From: Eledone cirrhosa | Taxonomy: Eukaryota | Direction of reading: 5' to 3' | DNA: 64,000 nucleotides | Assembly (NCBI GenBank): GCA_964016885.1 | Contig: OZ024750.1 | Coordinates: forward strand, 37,944,001 to 38,008,000 | Shown: one piece after another, positions 44,201 through 60,400 of the stretch | Layout: every line of letters begins with the position of its first letter | Numbering within the stretch: the first letter of the stretch is position 1 | The notes under the pieces: model-generated | Database searches by the model: none | What the model was told of the DNA's origin: nothing | What the model saw: only the letters and a program-made list of their open reading frames with translations | Program-made: the position numbers and the translations under genes

Positions 44201-47200
44201 GCTAACCTGTACACTGTATGTGATGTACCATGAAGCTATGACTAACCTGTACACCGTATGTGATGTTCCATGAAGCTATGACTAACCTGTACACTGTATG
44301 TGATGTACCATGAAGCTATGACTAACCTGTACACCGTATGTGATGTACCATGGAGCTATGACTAACCTATACACTGTATGTGATGTACCATGAAGCTATG
44401 ACTAACCTATACACTGTATGTGATGTACCATGAAGCTATGCTAAACGGTACACTGTTTGTGATGTACCATGAAGCTATGGCTAACCTGTACACTGTATGT
44501 GATGTACCATGAAGCTATAGCTAACCTGTACACTGTATGTGATGTACCATGAAGCTATGACTAACCTGTACACTGTATGTGATGTAACATGAAGCTATAG
44601 CTAACCTGTACACTGTATGTGATGTACCATGAAGCTATGACTAACCTGTACACTGTATGTGATGTACCATGAAGCTATAGCTAACCTATACACTGTATGT
44701 GATGTACCATGAAGCTATGACTAACCTGTACACTGTATGTGATGTACCATGAAGCTATGGCTAACCTGTACACTGTATGTGATGTAACATGAAGCTATAG
44801 CTAACCTGTACACTGTATGTGATGTACCATGAAGCTATGACTAACCTGTACACTGTATGTGATGTACCATGAAGCTATGACTAACCGGTACACTGTATGT
44901 GATGTACCATGAAGCTATGACTAACATGTACACTGTATGCGATGTACCATGAAGCTATGACTAACCTGTACACTGTAGGTGATGTACCATGAAGCTATGA
45001 CTAACCTGTACACTGTATGTGATGTACCATGAAGCTATGGCTAACCTGTACACTGTATGTGATGTACCATGAAGCTATAGGTAACCTGTACACTGTATGT
45101 GATGTACCATGAAGCTATGACTAACCTGTACACTGTCTGTGATTTACCATGAAGCTATGACTAACCTGTACACTGTATGTGATGTACCATGAAGCTATGA
45201 CTAACCTGTACACTCTATGTGATGTACCATGAAGCTATGACTAACCTATACACTGTATGTGATGTACCATGAAGCTACGACTAACCTTTACACTGTATGT
45301 GATGTACCATGAATTCTATGACTAACCTGTACACTGTATGTGATGTACCATGAAGCTATGACTAACCTATACACTGTATGTGATGTACCATGAAGCTATG
45401 ATTAAACTTTACACTGTATGTGATGTACCATGAAGCTATGGCTAACCTGTACACTGTATGTGATGTACCATGAAGCTATGGCTAACCTGTACACTGTATG
45501 TGATGTACCATGAAGTTATAGCTAATCTGTACACTGTATGTGATGCAACATGAAGCTATAGCTAACCTGTACACTGTATGTGATGTACAATGAATCTATG
45601 ACTAACCTGTACACTGTATCTGATGTACCATGAAGCTATAACTAACCTATACACTGTATGTGATGTACCATGAAGCTATGACTAACCTGTACAATGTATG
45701 TGATGTACCATGAAGCTATGACTAACATGTACACTGTATGTGATGTACCATGAAGCTATGGCTAACCTGTACACTGTACGTGAGGCACCATGAAGCTATG
45801 CTAAACGGTACACTGTATGTGATGTACCATGAAGCTATGGCTAACCTGTACAATGTATGTGATGTACCATGAAGCTATGACTAACCTATACACTGTATGT
45901 GATGTACCATGAAGCTATGACTAACCTGTACACTGTATGTGATGTACCATGAAGCTATGGCTAACCTGTACACTGTATGTGATGTACCATGAAGCTATGA
46001 CTAACCTGTACACTGTATGTGATGTACCATGAAGCTATGGCTAACCTGTACACTGTATGTGATGTACCATGAAGCTATGGCTAACCTGTACACTGTATGT
46101 GATGTACCATGAAGCTATGGCTAACCTGTACACTGTATGTGATGTACCATGAAGCTATAGGTAACCTGTACACTGTATGTGATGTACCCTGAAGCTATGA
46201 CTAACCTGTACACTGTATGTGATGTACCATGAAGCTATGGCTAACCTGTACACCGTATGTGATGTAACATGAAGCTATAGCTAACCTGTACACTGTATGT
46301 GATGTACCATGAAGCTATGACTAACCTGTACACTGTATGTGATGTACCATGAAGCTATGACTAACCTGTACACTGTATGTGATGTACCATGAAGCTATGG
46401 CTAACCTGTACACTGTATGTGATGTACCATGAAGCTATGGCTAACCTGTACACTGTATGTGATGTACCATGAAGCTATGGCTAACCTGTACACTGTATGT
46501 GATGTACCATGAAGCTATGACTAACCTGTACACTGTATATGATGTACCATGAAGCTATGACTAACCTGTACACTGTATGTGATGTACCATGAAGCTATAG
46601 GTAACCTCTACACTGTATGTGATATCCCATGAAGCTATGACTAACCTGTACACTGTATGTGATTTACCATGAAGCTATGACTAACCTGTACACTGTATGT
46701 GATGTACCATGAAGCTATGACTAACCTGTACACTGTATGTGATGTACCATGAAGCTATGACTAACCTATACATTGTATGTGATGTACCATGAAGCTATGA
46801 CTAACCTTTACACTGTATGTGATGTACCATGAATTCTATGACTAACCTTTACACTGTATGTGATGTACCATGAAGCTATGACTAATCTATACACTGTATG
46901 TGATGTACCATGAAGCTATGACTAACCTTTACACTGTATGTGATGTACCATGAAGCTATGGCTAACCTGTACACTGTATGTGATGTACCATGAAGCTATG
47001 GCTAACCTTTACACTGTATGTGATGTACCATGAAGATATAGCTAATCTGTACACTGTATGTGATGTAACATGAAGATATAGCTAACCTGTACACTGTATG
47101 TGATGTACCATGAAGCTATGACTAACCTGTACACTGTGTGTGATGTACCATGAAGCTATACCTAACCTATACACTGTATGTGATGTACCATGAAGCTATG

Positions 47201-50200
47201 ACTAACCTCTACACTGTATGTGATGTACCATGAAGCTATGACTAACCTATACACTGTATGTGATGTACCATGAAGCTATGACTAACCTGTACACTGTATG
47301 TGATGTACCATGAAGCTATGACTAACCTATACACTGTATGTGATGTACCATGAAGCTATGACTAACCTGTACACCGTATGTGCTGTACCATGAAGCTATT
47401 ACTAACATATACACTGTATGTGATGTACCATGCAGCTATGACTAACCTGTACACTGTATGTGATGTACCATGAAGCTATAGCTAACCTGTACACTGTATG
47501 TGATGTACCATGAAGCTATGACTAACCTGTACTCTGTATGTGATGTAACATGAAGCTATAGCTAACCTCTACACTGTATGTGATGTACCATGAAGCTATG
47601 ACTAACCTGTACACTGTATGTGATGTACCATGAAGCTATAGCTAACCTGTACACTGTATGTGATGTACCATGAAGCTATGACTAACCTGTACACTGTATG
47701 TGATGTACCATGAAGCTATGGCTAACCTGTACACCGTATGTGATGTAACATGAAGCTATAGCTAACCTGTACACTGTATGTGATGTACCATGAAGCTATG
47801 ACTAACCTGTACACTGTATGTGATGTACCATGAAGCTATGACTAACCTGTACACTGTATGTGATGTACCATGAAGCTATGGCTAACATGTACACTGTATG
47901 TGATGTACCATGAAGCTATGGCTAAACTGTACACTGTATGTGATGTACCATGAAGCTATGGCTAACCTGTACACTGTATGTGATGTACCATGAAGCTATG
48001 GCTAACCTGTACACTGTATGTGATGTACCATGAAGCTATGACTAACCTGTACACTGTATATGATGTACCATGAAGCTATGACTAACATGTACACTGTATG
48101 CGATGTACCATGAAGCTATGACTAACCTGTACACTGTATGTGATGTACCATGAAGCTATGACTATCCTGTACACTGTATGTGATTTACCATGAAGCTATC
48201 ACTAACCTGTACACTGTATGTGATGTACCATGAAGCTATGACTAACCTGTACACTCTATGTGATGTACCATGAAGCTATGACTAACCTATACACTGTATG
48301 TGATGTACCATGAAGCTATGACTAAACTTTACGCTGTATGTGATGTACCATGAAGCTATGGCTAACCTGTACTCTGTATGTGATGTACCATGAAGCTATG
48401 GCTAACCTGTACACTGTATGTGATGTACCATGAAGTTATAGCTAATCTTTACACTGTATGTGATGTAACATGAAGCTATAGCTAACCTGTACACTGTATG
48501 TGATGTACCATGAAGCTATGACTAACCTGTACACTGTATGTGATGTACCATGAAGCTATAGCTAACCTATACACTGTATGTGATGTACCATGAAGCTATG
48601 ACTAACCTGTACACTGTATCTGATGTACCATGAAGCTATAACTAACCTATACACTGTATGTGATGTACCATGAAGCTATGACTAACCTGTACACTGTATG
48701 TGATGTACCATGAAGCTATGACTAACATGTACACTGTATGTGATGTACCATGAAGCTATGGCTAACCTGTACACTGTATGTGATGCATCATGAAGCTATG
48801 CTTAACGGTACACTGTATGTGATGTACCATGAAGCTATGGCTAACCTGTACAATGTATGTGATGTAACATGAAGCTATGACTAACCTATACACTGTATGT
48901 GATGTACCATGAAGCTATGACTAACCTGTACACTGTATGTGATGTACCATGAAGCTATGGCTAACCTGTACACTGTATGTGATGTACCATGAAGCTATGA
49001 CTAACCTGTACACTGTATGTGATGTACCATGAAGCTATGGCTAACCTGTACACTGTACGTGATGTACCATGAAGCTATGGCTAACCTGTACACTGTATGT
49101 GATGTACCATGAAGCTATGGCTAACCTGTACACTGTATGTGATGTACCATGAAGCTATAGGTAACCTGTACACTGTATGTGATGTACCATGAAGCTATGA
49201 CTAACCTGTACACTGTATGTGATGTACCATGAAGCTATGGCTAACCTGTACACCGTATGTGATGTAACATGAAGCTATAGCTAACCTGTACACTGTATGT
49301 GATGTACCATGAAGCTATGACTAACCTGTACACTGTATGTGATGTACCATGAAGCTATGACTAACCTGTACACTGTATGTGATGTACCATGAAGCTATGG
49401 CTAACCTGTACACTGTATGTGATGTACCATGAAGCTATGGCTAACCTGTACATGGTATGTGATGTACCATGAAGCTATGGCTAACCTGTACACTGTATGT
49501 GATGTACCATGAAGCTATGGCTAACCTGTACACTGTATGTGATGTACCATGAAGCTATGACTAACCTGTACACTGTATATGATGTACCATGAAGCTATGA
49601 CTAACATGTACACTGTATGCGATGTACCATGAAGCTATGACTAACCTGTACACTGTATGTGATGTACCATGAAGCTATGACTAACCTGTACACTGTATGT
49701 GATGTACCATGAAGCTATAGGTAACCTCTACACTGTATGTGATGTACCATGAAGCTATTACTAACCTGTACACTGTATGTGATTTACCATGAAGCTATGA
49801 TTAACCTGTACACTGTATGTGATGTACAATGAAGCTATGACTAACCTGTACACTGTATGTGATGTACCATGAAGCTATGACTAACCTATACATTGTATGT
49901 GATGTACCATGAAGCTATGACTAACCTTTACACTGTATGTGATGTACCATGAATTCTATGACTAACCTGTACACTGTATGTGATGTACCATGAAGCTATG
50001 ACTAACCTATACACTGTATGTGATGTACCATGAAGTTATAGCTAATCTGTACACTGTATGTGATGTAACATGAAGCTATAGCTAACCTGTACACTGTATG
50101 TGATGTACCATGAAGCTATGACTAACCTGTACACTGTATGTGATGTACCATGAAGCTATGACTAACCTGTACACTGTATGTGATGTACCATGAAGCTATG

Positions 50201-51400
50201 ACTAACCTGTACACTGTATGTGATGTACCATGAAGCTATGACTAACCTATACACTGTATGTGATGTACCATGTAGCTATGACTAACCTTTACACTGTATG
50301 TGATGTACCATGAAGCTATGGCTAACCTGTACACTGTATGTGATGTACCATGAACCTATGGCTAACCTGTACACTGTATGTGATGTACCATGAATTTATG
50401 ACTAACATGTACACTGTATGTGATGTACCATGAAGCTATGACTAACCTGTACACTGTATGTGATGTACCATGAATCTATGGCTAACCTGTACACTGTATG
50501 TGATGTACCATGAAGCTATGACTAACCTATACACTGTATGTGATGTACCATGAAGCTATGACTAACCTGTACACCGTATGTGATGTACCATGAAGCTATG
50601 ACTAACCTATACACTGTATGTGATGTACCATGAAGCTATGACTAACCTGTACACTGTATGTGATGTACCATGAACGTATGACTAACCTATACACTGTATG
50701 TGATGTACCATGCAGCTATGACTAACTTGTACACTGTATGTGATGTACCATGAAGCTATAGCTAACCTGTACACTGTATGTGATGTACCATGAAGCTATG
50801 ACTAACCTGTACACTGTATGTGATGTACCATGAAGCTATGACTAACCTGTACACTGTATGTGATGTACCATGAAGCTATGACTAACATGTACACTGTATG
50901 TGATGTACCATGAAGCTATGGCTAACCTGTACACTGTATGTGATGTAACATGAAGCTATAGCTAACCTGTACACTGTATGTGATGTACCATGAAGCTATG
51001 ACTAACCTGTACACCGTATGTGATGTTCCATGAAGCTATGACTAACCTGTACACTGTATGTGATGTACCATGAAGCTATGACTAACCTGTACACCGTATG
51101 TGATGTACCATGGAGCTATGACTAACCTATACACTGTATGTGATGTACCATGAAGCTATGACTAACCTATACACTGTATGTGATGTACCATGCAGCTATG
51201 ACTAACCTGTACACTGTATGTGATGTACCATGAAGCTATAGCTAACCTGTACACTGTATGTGATGTACCATGAAGCTATGACTAACCTGTACACTGTATG
51301 TGATGTAACATGAAGCTATAGCTAACCTGTACACTGTATGTGATGTACCATGAAGCTATGACTAACCTGTACACTGTATGTGATGTACCATGAAGCTATA
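41300..51400. repeat. Older block duplication at offset 6,760-6,880 bp (169-172 monomers): ~41,300-44,700 matches ~48,200-51,400
   Basis: Offset 6,880: CATGGTAT 42571/49451, GTAACCTCTA 42841/49721, GAATTC 43071/49951. Offset 6,760: TGTAGCT 43511/50271, TGAATTT 43631/50391, TGGAGCT 44351/51111. Confidence 0.88.
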
Positions 51401-54400
51401 GCTAACCTATACACTGTATGTGATGTACCATGAAGCTATGACTAACCTGTACACTGTATGTGATGTACCATGAAGCTATGACTAACCTGTACACTGTATG
51501 TGATGTACCATGAAGCTATGACTAACCTATACATTGTATGTGATGTACCATGAAGCTATGACTAACCTTTACACTGTATGTGATGTACCATGAATTCTAT
51601 GACTAACCTTTACACTGTATGTGATGTACCATGAAGCTATGACTAACCTATACACTGTATGTGATGTACCATGAAGCTATGACTAACCTATACATTGTAT
51701 GTGATGTACCATGAAGCTATGACTAACCTTTACACTGTATGTGATGTACCATGAATTCTATGACTAACCTTTACACTGTATGTGATGTACCATGAAGCTA
51801 TGACTAACCTATACACTGTATGTGATGTACCATGAAGCTATGACTAACCTTTACACTGTATGTGATGTACCATGAAGCTATGGCTAACCTGTACACTGTA
51901 TGTGATGTACCATGAAGCTATGGCTAACCTTTACACTGTATGTGATGTACCATGAAGATATAGCTAATCTGTACACTGTATGTGATGTAACATGAAGATA
52001 TAGCTAACCTGTACACTGTATGTGATGTACCATGAAGCTATGACTAACCTGTACACTGTGTGTGATGTACCATGAAGCTATACCTAACCTATACACTGTA
52101 TGTGATGTACCATGAAGCTATGACTAACCTCTACACTGTATGTGATGTACCATGAAGCTATGACTAACCTATACACTGTATGTGATGTACCATGAAGCTA
52201 TGACTAACCTGTACACTGTATGTGATGTACCATGAAGCTATGACTAACCTATACACTGTATGTGATGTACCATGAAGCTATGACTAACCTGTACACCGTA
52301 TGTGCTGTACCATGAAGCTATTACTAACATATACACTGTATGTGATGTACCATGCAGCTATGACTAACCTGTACACTGTATGTGATGTACCATGAAGCTA
52401 TAGCTAACCTGTACACTGTATGTGATGTACCATGAAGCTATGACTAACCTGTACACTGTATGTGATGTACCATGAAGCTATGACTAACCTGTACTCTGTA
52501 TGTGATGTAACATGAAGCTATAGCTAACCTCTACACTGTATGTGATGTACCATGAAGCTATGACTAACCTGTACACTGTATGTGATGTACCATGAAGCTA
52601 TAGCTAACCTGTACACTGTATGTGATGTACCATGAAGCTATGACTAACCTGTACACTGTATGTGATGTACCATGAAGCTATGGCTAACCTGTACACCGTA
52701 TGTGATGTAACATGAAGCTATAGCTAACCTGTACACTGTATGTGATGTACCATGAAGCTATGACTAACCTGTACACTGTATGTGATGTACCATGAAGCTA
52801 TGACTAACCTGTACACTGTATGTGATGTACCATGAAGCTATGGCTAACATGTACACTGTATGTGATGTACCATGAAGCTATGGCTAAACTGTACACTGTA
52901 TGTGATGTACCATGAAGCTATGGCTAACCTGTACACTGTATGTGATGTACCATGAAGCTATGGCTAACCTGTACACTGTATGTGATGTACCATGAAGCTA
53001 TGACTAACCTGTACACTGTATATGATGTACCATGAAGCTATGACTAACATGTACACTGTATGCGATGTACCATGAAGCTATGACTAACCTGTACACTGTA
53101 TGTGATGTACCATGAAGCTATGACTATCCTGTACACTGTATGTGATTTACCATGAAGCTATCACTAACCTGTACACTGTATGTGATGTACCATGAAGCTA
53201 TGACTAACCTGTACACTCTATGTGATGTACCATGAAGCTATGACTAACCTATACACTGTATGTGATGTACCATGAAGCTATGACTAAACTTTACGCTGTA
53301 TGTGATGTACCATGAAGCTATGGCTAACCTGTACTCTGTATGTGATGTACCATGAAGCTATGGCTAACCTGTACACTGTATGTGATGTACCATGAAGTTA
53401 TAGCTAATCTGTACACTGTATGTGATGTAACATGAAGCTATAGCTAACCTGTACACTGTAAGTGATGTACCATGAAGCTATGACTAACCTGTACACTGTA
53501 TGTGATGTACCATGAAGCTATAGCTAACCTATACACTGTATGTGATGTACCATGAAGCTATGACTAACCTGTACACTGTATCTGATGTACCATGAAGCTA
53601 TAACTAACCTATACACTGTATGTGATGTACCATGAAGCTATGACTAACCTGTACACTGTATGTGATGTACCATGAATCTATGACTAACATGTACACTGTA
53701 TGTGATGTACCATGAAGCTATGGCTAACCTGTACACTGTATGTGATGCATCATGAAGCTATGCTTAACGGTACACTGTATGTGATGTACCATGAAGCTAT
53801 GGCTAACCTGTACAATGTATGTGATGTAACATGAAGCTATGACTAACCTATACACTGTATGTGATGTACCATGAAGCTATGACTAACCTGTACACTGTAT
53901 GTGATGTACCATGAAGCTATGGCTAACCTGTACACTGTATGTGATGTACCATGAAGCTATGACTAACCTGTACACTGTATGTGATGTACCATGAAGCTAT
54001 GGCTAACCTGTACACTGTACGTGATGTACCATGAAGCTATGGCTAACCTGTACACTGTATGTGATGTACCATGAAGCTATGGCTAACCTGTACACTGTAT
54101 GTGATGTACCATGAAGCTATAGGTAACCTGTACACTGTATGTGATGTACCATGAAGCTATGACTAACCTGTACACTGTATGTGATGTACCATGAAGCTAT
54201 GGCTAACCTGTACACCGTATGTGATGTAACATGAAGCTATAGCTAACCTGTACACTGTATGTGATGTACCATGAAGCTATGACTAACCTGTACACTGTAT
54301 GTGATGTACCATGAAGCTATGACTAACCTGTACACTGTATGTGATGTACCATGAAGCTATGGCTAACCTGTACACTGTATGTGATGTACCATGAAGCTAT

Positions 54401-57400
54401 GGCTAACCTGTACATGGTATGTGATGTACCATGAAGCTATGGCTAACCTGTACACTGTATGTGATGTACCATGAAGCTATGGCTAACCTGTACACTGTAT
54501 GTGATGTACCATGAAGCTATGACTAACCTGTACACTGTATATGATGTACCATGAAGCTATGACTAACATGTACACTGTATGCGATGTACCATGAAGCTAT
54601 GACTAACCTGTACACTGTATGTGATGTACCATGAAGCTATGACTAACCTGTACACTGTATGTGATGTACCATGAAGCTATAGGTAACCTCTACATTGTAT
54701 GTGATGTACCATGAAGCTATTACTAACCTGTACACTGTATGTGATTTACCATGAAGCTATGATTAACCTGTACACTGTATGTGATGTACAATGAAGCTAT
54801 GACTAACCTGTACACTGTATGTGATGTACCATGAAGCTATGACTAACCTATACATTGTATGTGATGTACCATGAAGCTATGACTAACCTTTACACTGTAT
54901 GTGATGTACCATGAATTCTATGACTAACCTGTACACTGTATGTGATGTACCATGAAGCTATGACTAACCTATACACTGTATGTGATGTACCATGAAGTTA
55001 TAGCTAATCTGTACACTGTATGTGATGTAACATGAAGCTATAGCTAACCTGTACACTGTATGTGATGTACCATGAAGCTATGACTAACCTGTACACTGTA
55101 TGTGATGTACCATGAAGCTATGACTAACCTGTACACTGTATGTGATGTACCATGAAGCTATGACTAACCTGTACACTGTATGTGATGTACCATGAAGCTA
55201 TGACTAACCTATACACTGTATGTGATGTACCATGTAGCTATGACTAACCTTTACACTGTATGTGATGTACCATGAAGCTATGGCTAACCTGTACACTGTA
55301 TGTGATGTACCATGAACCTATGGCTAACCTGTACACTGTATGTGATGTACCATGAATTTATGACTAACATGTACACTGTATGTGATGTACCATGAAGCTA
55401 TGACTAACCTGTACACTGTATGTGATGTACCATGAATCTATGGCTAACCTGTACACTGTATGTGATGTACCATGAAGCTATGACTAACCTATACACTGTA
55501 TGTGATGTACCATGAAGCTATGACTAACCTGTACACCGTATGTGATGTACCATGAAGCTATGACTAACCTATACACTGTATGTGATGTACCATGAAGCTA
55601 TGACTAACCTGTACACTGTATGTGATGTACCATGAACGTATGACTAACCTATACACTGTATGTGATGTACCATGCAGCTATGACTAACTTGTACACTGTA
55701 TGTGATGTACCATGAAGCTATAGCTAACCTGTACACTGTATGTGATGTACCATGAAGCTAAGACTAACCTGTACACTGTATGTGATGTACCATGAAGCTA
55801 TGACTAACCTGTACACTGTATGTGATGTACCATGAAGCTATGACTAACATGTACACTGTATGTGATGTACCATGAAGCTATGGCTAACCTGTACACTGTA
55901 TGTGATGTAACATGAAGCTATAGCTAACCTGTACACTGTATGTGATGTACCATGAAGCTATGACTAACCTGTACACCGTATGTGATGTTCCATGAAGCTA
56001 TGACTAACCTGTACACTGTATGTGATGTACCATGAAGCTATGACTAACCTGTACACCGTATGTGATGTACCATGGAGCTATGACTAACCTATACACTGTA
56101 TGTGATGTACCATGAAGCTATGACTAACCTATACACTGTATGTGATGTACCATGCAGCTATGACTAACCTGTACACTGTATGTGATGTACCATGAAGCTA
56201 TAGCTAACCTGTACACTGTATGTGATGTACCATGAAGCTATGACTAACCTGTACACTGTATGTGATGTAACATGAAGCTATAGCTAACCTGTACACTGTA
56301 TGTGATGTACCATGAAGCTATGACTAACCTGTACACTGTATGTGATGTACCATGAAGCTATAGCTAACCTATACACTGTATGTGATGTACCATGAAGCTA
56401 TGACTAACCTGTACACTGTATGTGATGTACCATGAAGCTATGACTAACCTGTACACTGTATGTGATGTACCATGAAGCTATGACTAACCTATACATTGTA
56501 TGTGATGTACCATGAAGCTATGACTAACCTTTACACTGTATGTGATGTACCATGAATTCTATGACTAACCTTTACACTGTATGTGATGTACCATGAAGCT
56601 ATGACTAACCTATACACTGTATGTGATGTACCATGAAGCTATGACTAACCTATACATTGTATGTGATGTACCATGAAGCTATGACTAACCTTTACACTGT
56701 ATGTGATGTACCATGAATTCTATGACTAACCTTTACACTGTATGTGATGTACCATGAAGCTATGACTAACCTATACACTGTATGTGATGTACCATGAAGC
56801 TATGACTAACCTTTACACTGTATGTGATGTACCATGAAGCTATGGCTAACCTGTACACTGTATGTGATGTACCATGAAGCTATGGCTAACCTTTACACTG
56901 TATGTGATGTACCATGAAGATATAGCTAATCTGTACACTGTATGTGATGTAACATGAAGATATAGCTAACCTGTACACTGTATGTGATGTACCATGAAGC
57001 TATGACTAACCTGTACACTGTGTGTGATGTACCATGAAGCTATACCTAACCTATACACTGTATGTGATGTACCATGAAGCTATGACTAACCTCTACACTG
57101 TATGTGATGTACCATGAAGCTATGACTAACCTATACACTGTATGTGATGTACCATGAAGCTATGACTAACCTGTACACTGTATGTGATGTACCATGAAGC
57201 TATGACTAACCTATACACTGTATGTGATGTACCATGAAGCTATGACTAACCTGTACACCGTATGTGCTGTACCATGAAGCTATTACTAACATATACACTG
57301 TATGTGATGTACCATGCAGCTATGACTAACCTGTACACTGTATGTGATGTACCATGAAGCTATAGCTAACCTGTACACTGTATGTGATGTACCATGAAGC

Positions 57401-60400
57401 TATGACTAACCTGTACACTGTATGTGATGTACCATGAAGCTATGACTAACCTGTACTCTGTATGTGATGTAGCATGAAGCTATAGCTAACCTCTACACTG
57501 TATGTGATGTACCATGAAGCTATGACTAACCTGTACACTGTATGTGATGTACCATGAAGCTATAGCTAACCTGTACACTGTATGTGATGTACCATGAAGC
57601 TATGACTAACCTGTACACTGTATGTGATGTACCATGAAGCTATGGCTAACCTGTACACCGTATGTGATGTAACATGAAGCTATAGCTAACCTGTACACTG
57701 TATGTGATGTACCATGAAGCTATGACTAACCTGTACACTGTATGTGATGTACCATGAAGCTATGACTAACCTGTACACTGTATGTGATGTACCATGAAGC
57801 TATGGCTAACATGTACACTGTATGTGATGTACCATGAAGCTATGGCTAAACTGTACACTGTATGTGATGTACCATGAAGCTATGGCTAACCTGTACACTG
57901 TATGTGATGTACCATGAAGCTATGGCTAACCTGTACACTGTATGTGATGTACCATGAAGCTATGACTAACCTGTACACTGTATATGATGTACCATGAAGC
58001 TATGACTAACATGTACACTGTATGCGATGTACCATGAAGCTATGACTAACCTGTACACTGTATGTGATGTACCATGAAGCTATGACTATCCTGTACACTG
58101 TATGTGATTTACCATGAAGCTATCACTAACCTGTACACTGTATGTGATGTACCATGAAGCTATGACTAACCTGTACACTCTATGTGATGTACCATGAAGC
58201 TATGACTAACCTATACACTGTATGTGATGTACCATGAAGCTATGACTAAACTTTACGCTGTATGTGATGTACCATGAAGCTATGGCTAACCTGTACTCTG
58301 TATGTGATGTACCATGAAGCTATGGCTAACCTGTACACTGTATGTGATGTACCATGAAGTTATAGCTAATCTGTACACTGTATGTGATGTAACATGAAGC
58401 TATAGCTAACCTGTACACTGTATGTGATGTACCATGAAGCTATGACTAACCTGTACACTGTATGTGATGTACCATGAAGCTATAGCTAACCTATACACTG
58501 TATGTGATGTACCATGAAGCTATGACTAACCTGTACACTGTATCTGATGTACCATGAAGCTATAACTAACCTATACACTGTATGTGATGTACCATGAAGC
58601 TATGACTAACCTGTACACTGTATGTGATGTACCATGAAGCTATGACTAACATGTACACTGTATGTGATGTACCATGAAGCTATGGCTAACCTGTACACTG
58701 TATGTGATGCATCATGAAGCTATGCTTAACGGTACACTGTATGTGATGTACCATGAAGCTATGGCTAACCTGTACAATGTATGTGATGTAACATGAAGCT
58801 ATGACTAACCTATACACTGTATGTGATGTACCATGAAGCTATGACTAACCTGTACACTGTATGTGATGTACCATGAAGCTATGGCTAACCTGTACACTGT
58901 ATGTGATGTACCATGAAGATATGACTAACCTGTACACTGTATGTGATGTACCATGAAGCTATGGCTAACCTGTACACTGTACGTGATGTACCATGAAGCT
59001 ATGGCTAACCTGTACACTGTATGTGATGTACCATGAAGCTATGGCTAACCTGTACACTGTATGTGATGTACCATGAAGCTATAGGTAACCTGTACACTGT
59101 ATGTGATGTACCATGAAGCTATGACTAACCTGTACACTGTATGTGATGTACCATGAAGCTATGGCTAACCTGTACACCGTATGTGATGTAACATGAAGCT
59201 ATAGCTAACCTGTACACTGTATGTGATGTACCATGAAGCTATGACTAACCTGTACACTGTATGTGATGTACCATGAAGCTATGACTAACCTGTACACTGT
59301 ATGTGATGTACCATGAAGCTAAGGCTAACCTGTACACTGTATGTGATGTACCATGAAGCTATGGCTAACCTGTACATGGTATGTGATGTACCATGAAGCT
59401 ATGGCTAACCTGTACACTGTATGTGATGTACCATGAAGCTATGGCTAACCTGTACACTGTATGTGATGTACCATGAAGCTATGACTAACCTGTACACTGT
59501 ATATGATGTACCATGAAGCTATGACTAACATGTACACTGTATGCGATGTACCATGAAGCTATGACTAACCTGTACACTGTATGTGATGTACCATGAAGCT
59601 ATGACTAACCTGTACACTGTATGTGATGTACCATGAAGCTATAGGTAACCTCTACACTGTATGTGATGTACCATGAAGCTATTACTAACCTGTACACTGT
59701 ATGTGATTTACCATGAAGCTATGATTAACCTGTACACTGTATGTGATGTACAATGAAGCTATGACTAACCTGTACACTGTATGTGATGTACCATGAAGCT
59801 ATGACTAACCTATACATTGTATGTGATGTACCATGAAGCTATGACTAACCTTTACACTGTATGTGATGTACCATGAATTCTATGACTAACCTGTACACTG
59901 TATGTGATGTACCATGAAGCTATGACTAACCTATACACTGTATGTGATGTACCATGAAGTTATAGCTAATCTGTACACTGTATGTGATGTAACATGAAGC
60001 TATAGCTAACCTGTACACTGTATGTGATGTACCATGAAGCTATGACTAACCTGTACACTGTATGTGATGTACCATGAAGCTATGACTAACCTGTACACTG
60101 TATGTGATGTACCATGAAGCTATGACTAACCTGTACACTGTATGTGATGTACCATGAAGCTATGACTAACCTATACACTGTATGTGATGTACCATGTAGC
60201 TATGACTAACCTTTACACTGTATGTGATGTACCATGAAGCTATGGCTAACCTGTACACTGTATGTGATGTACCATGAACCTATGGCTAACCTGTACACTG
60301 TATGTGATGTACCATGAATTTATGACTAACATGTACACTGTATGTGATGTACCATGAAGCTATGACTAACCTGTACACTGTATGTGATGTACCATGAATC

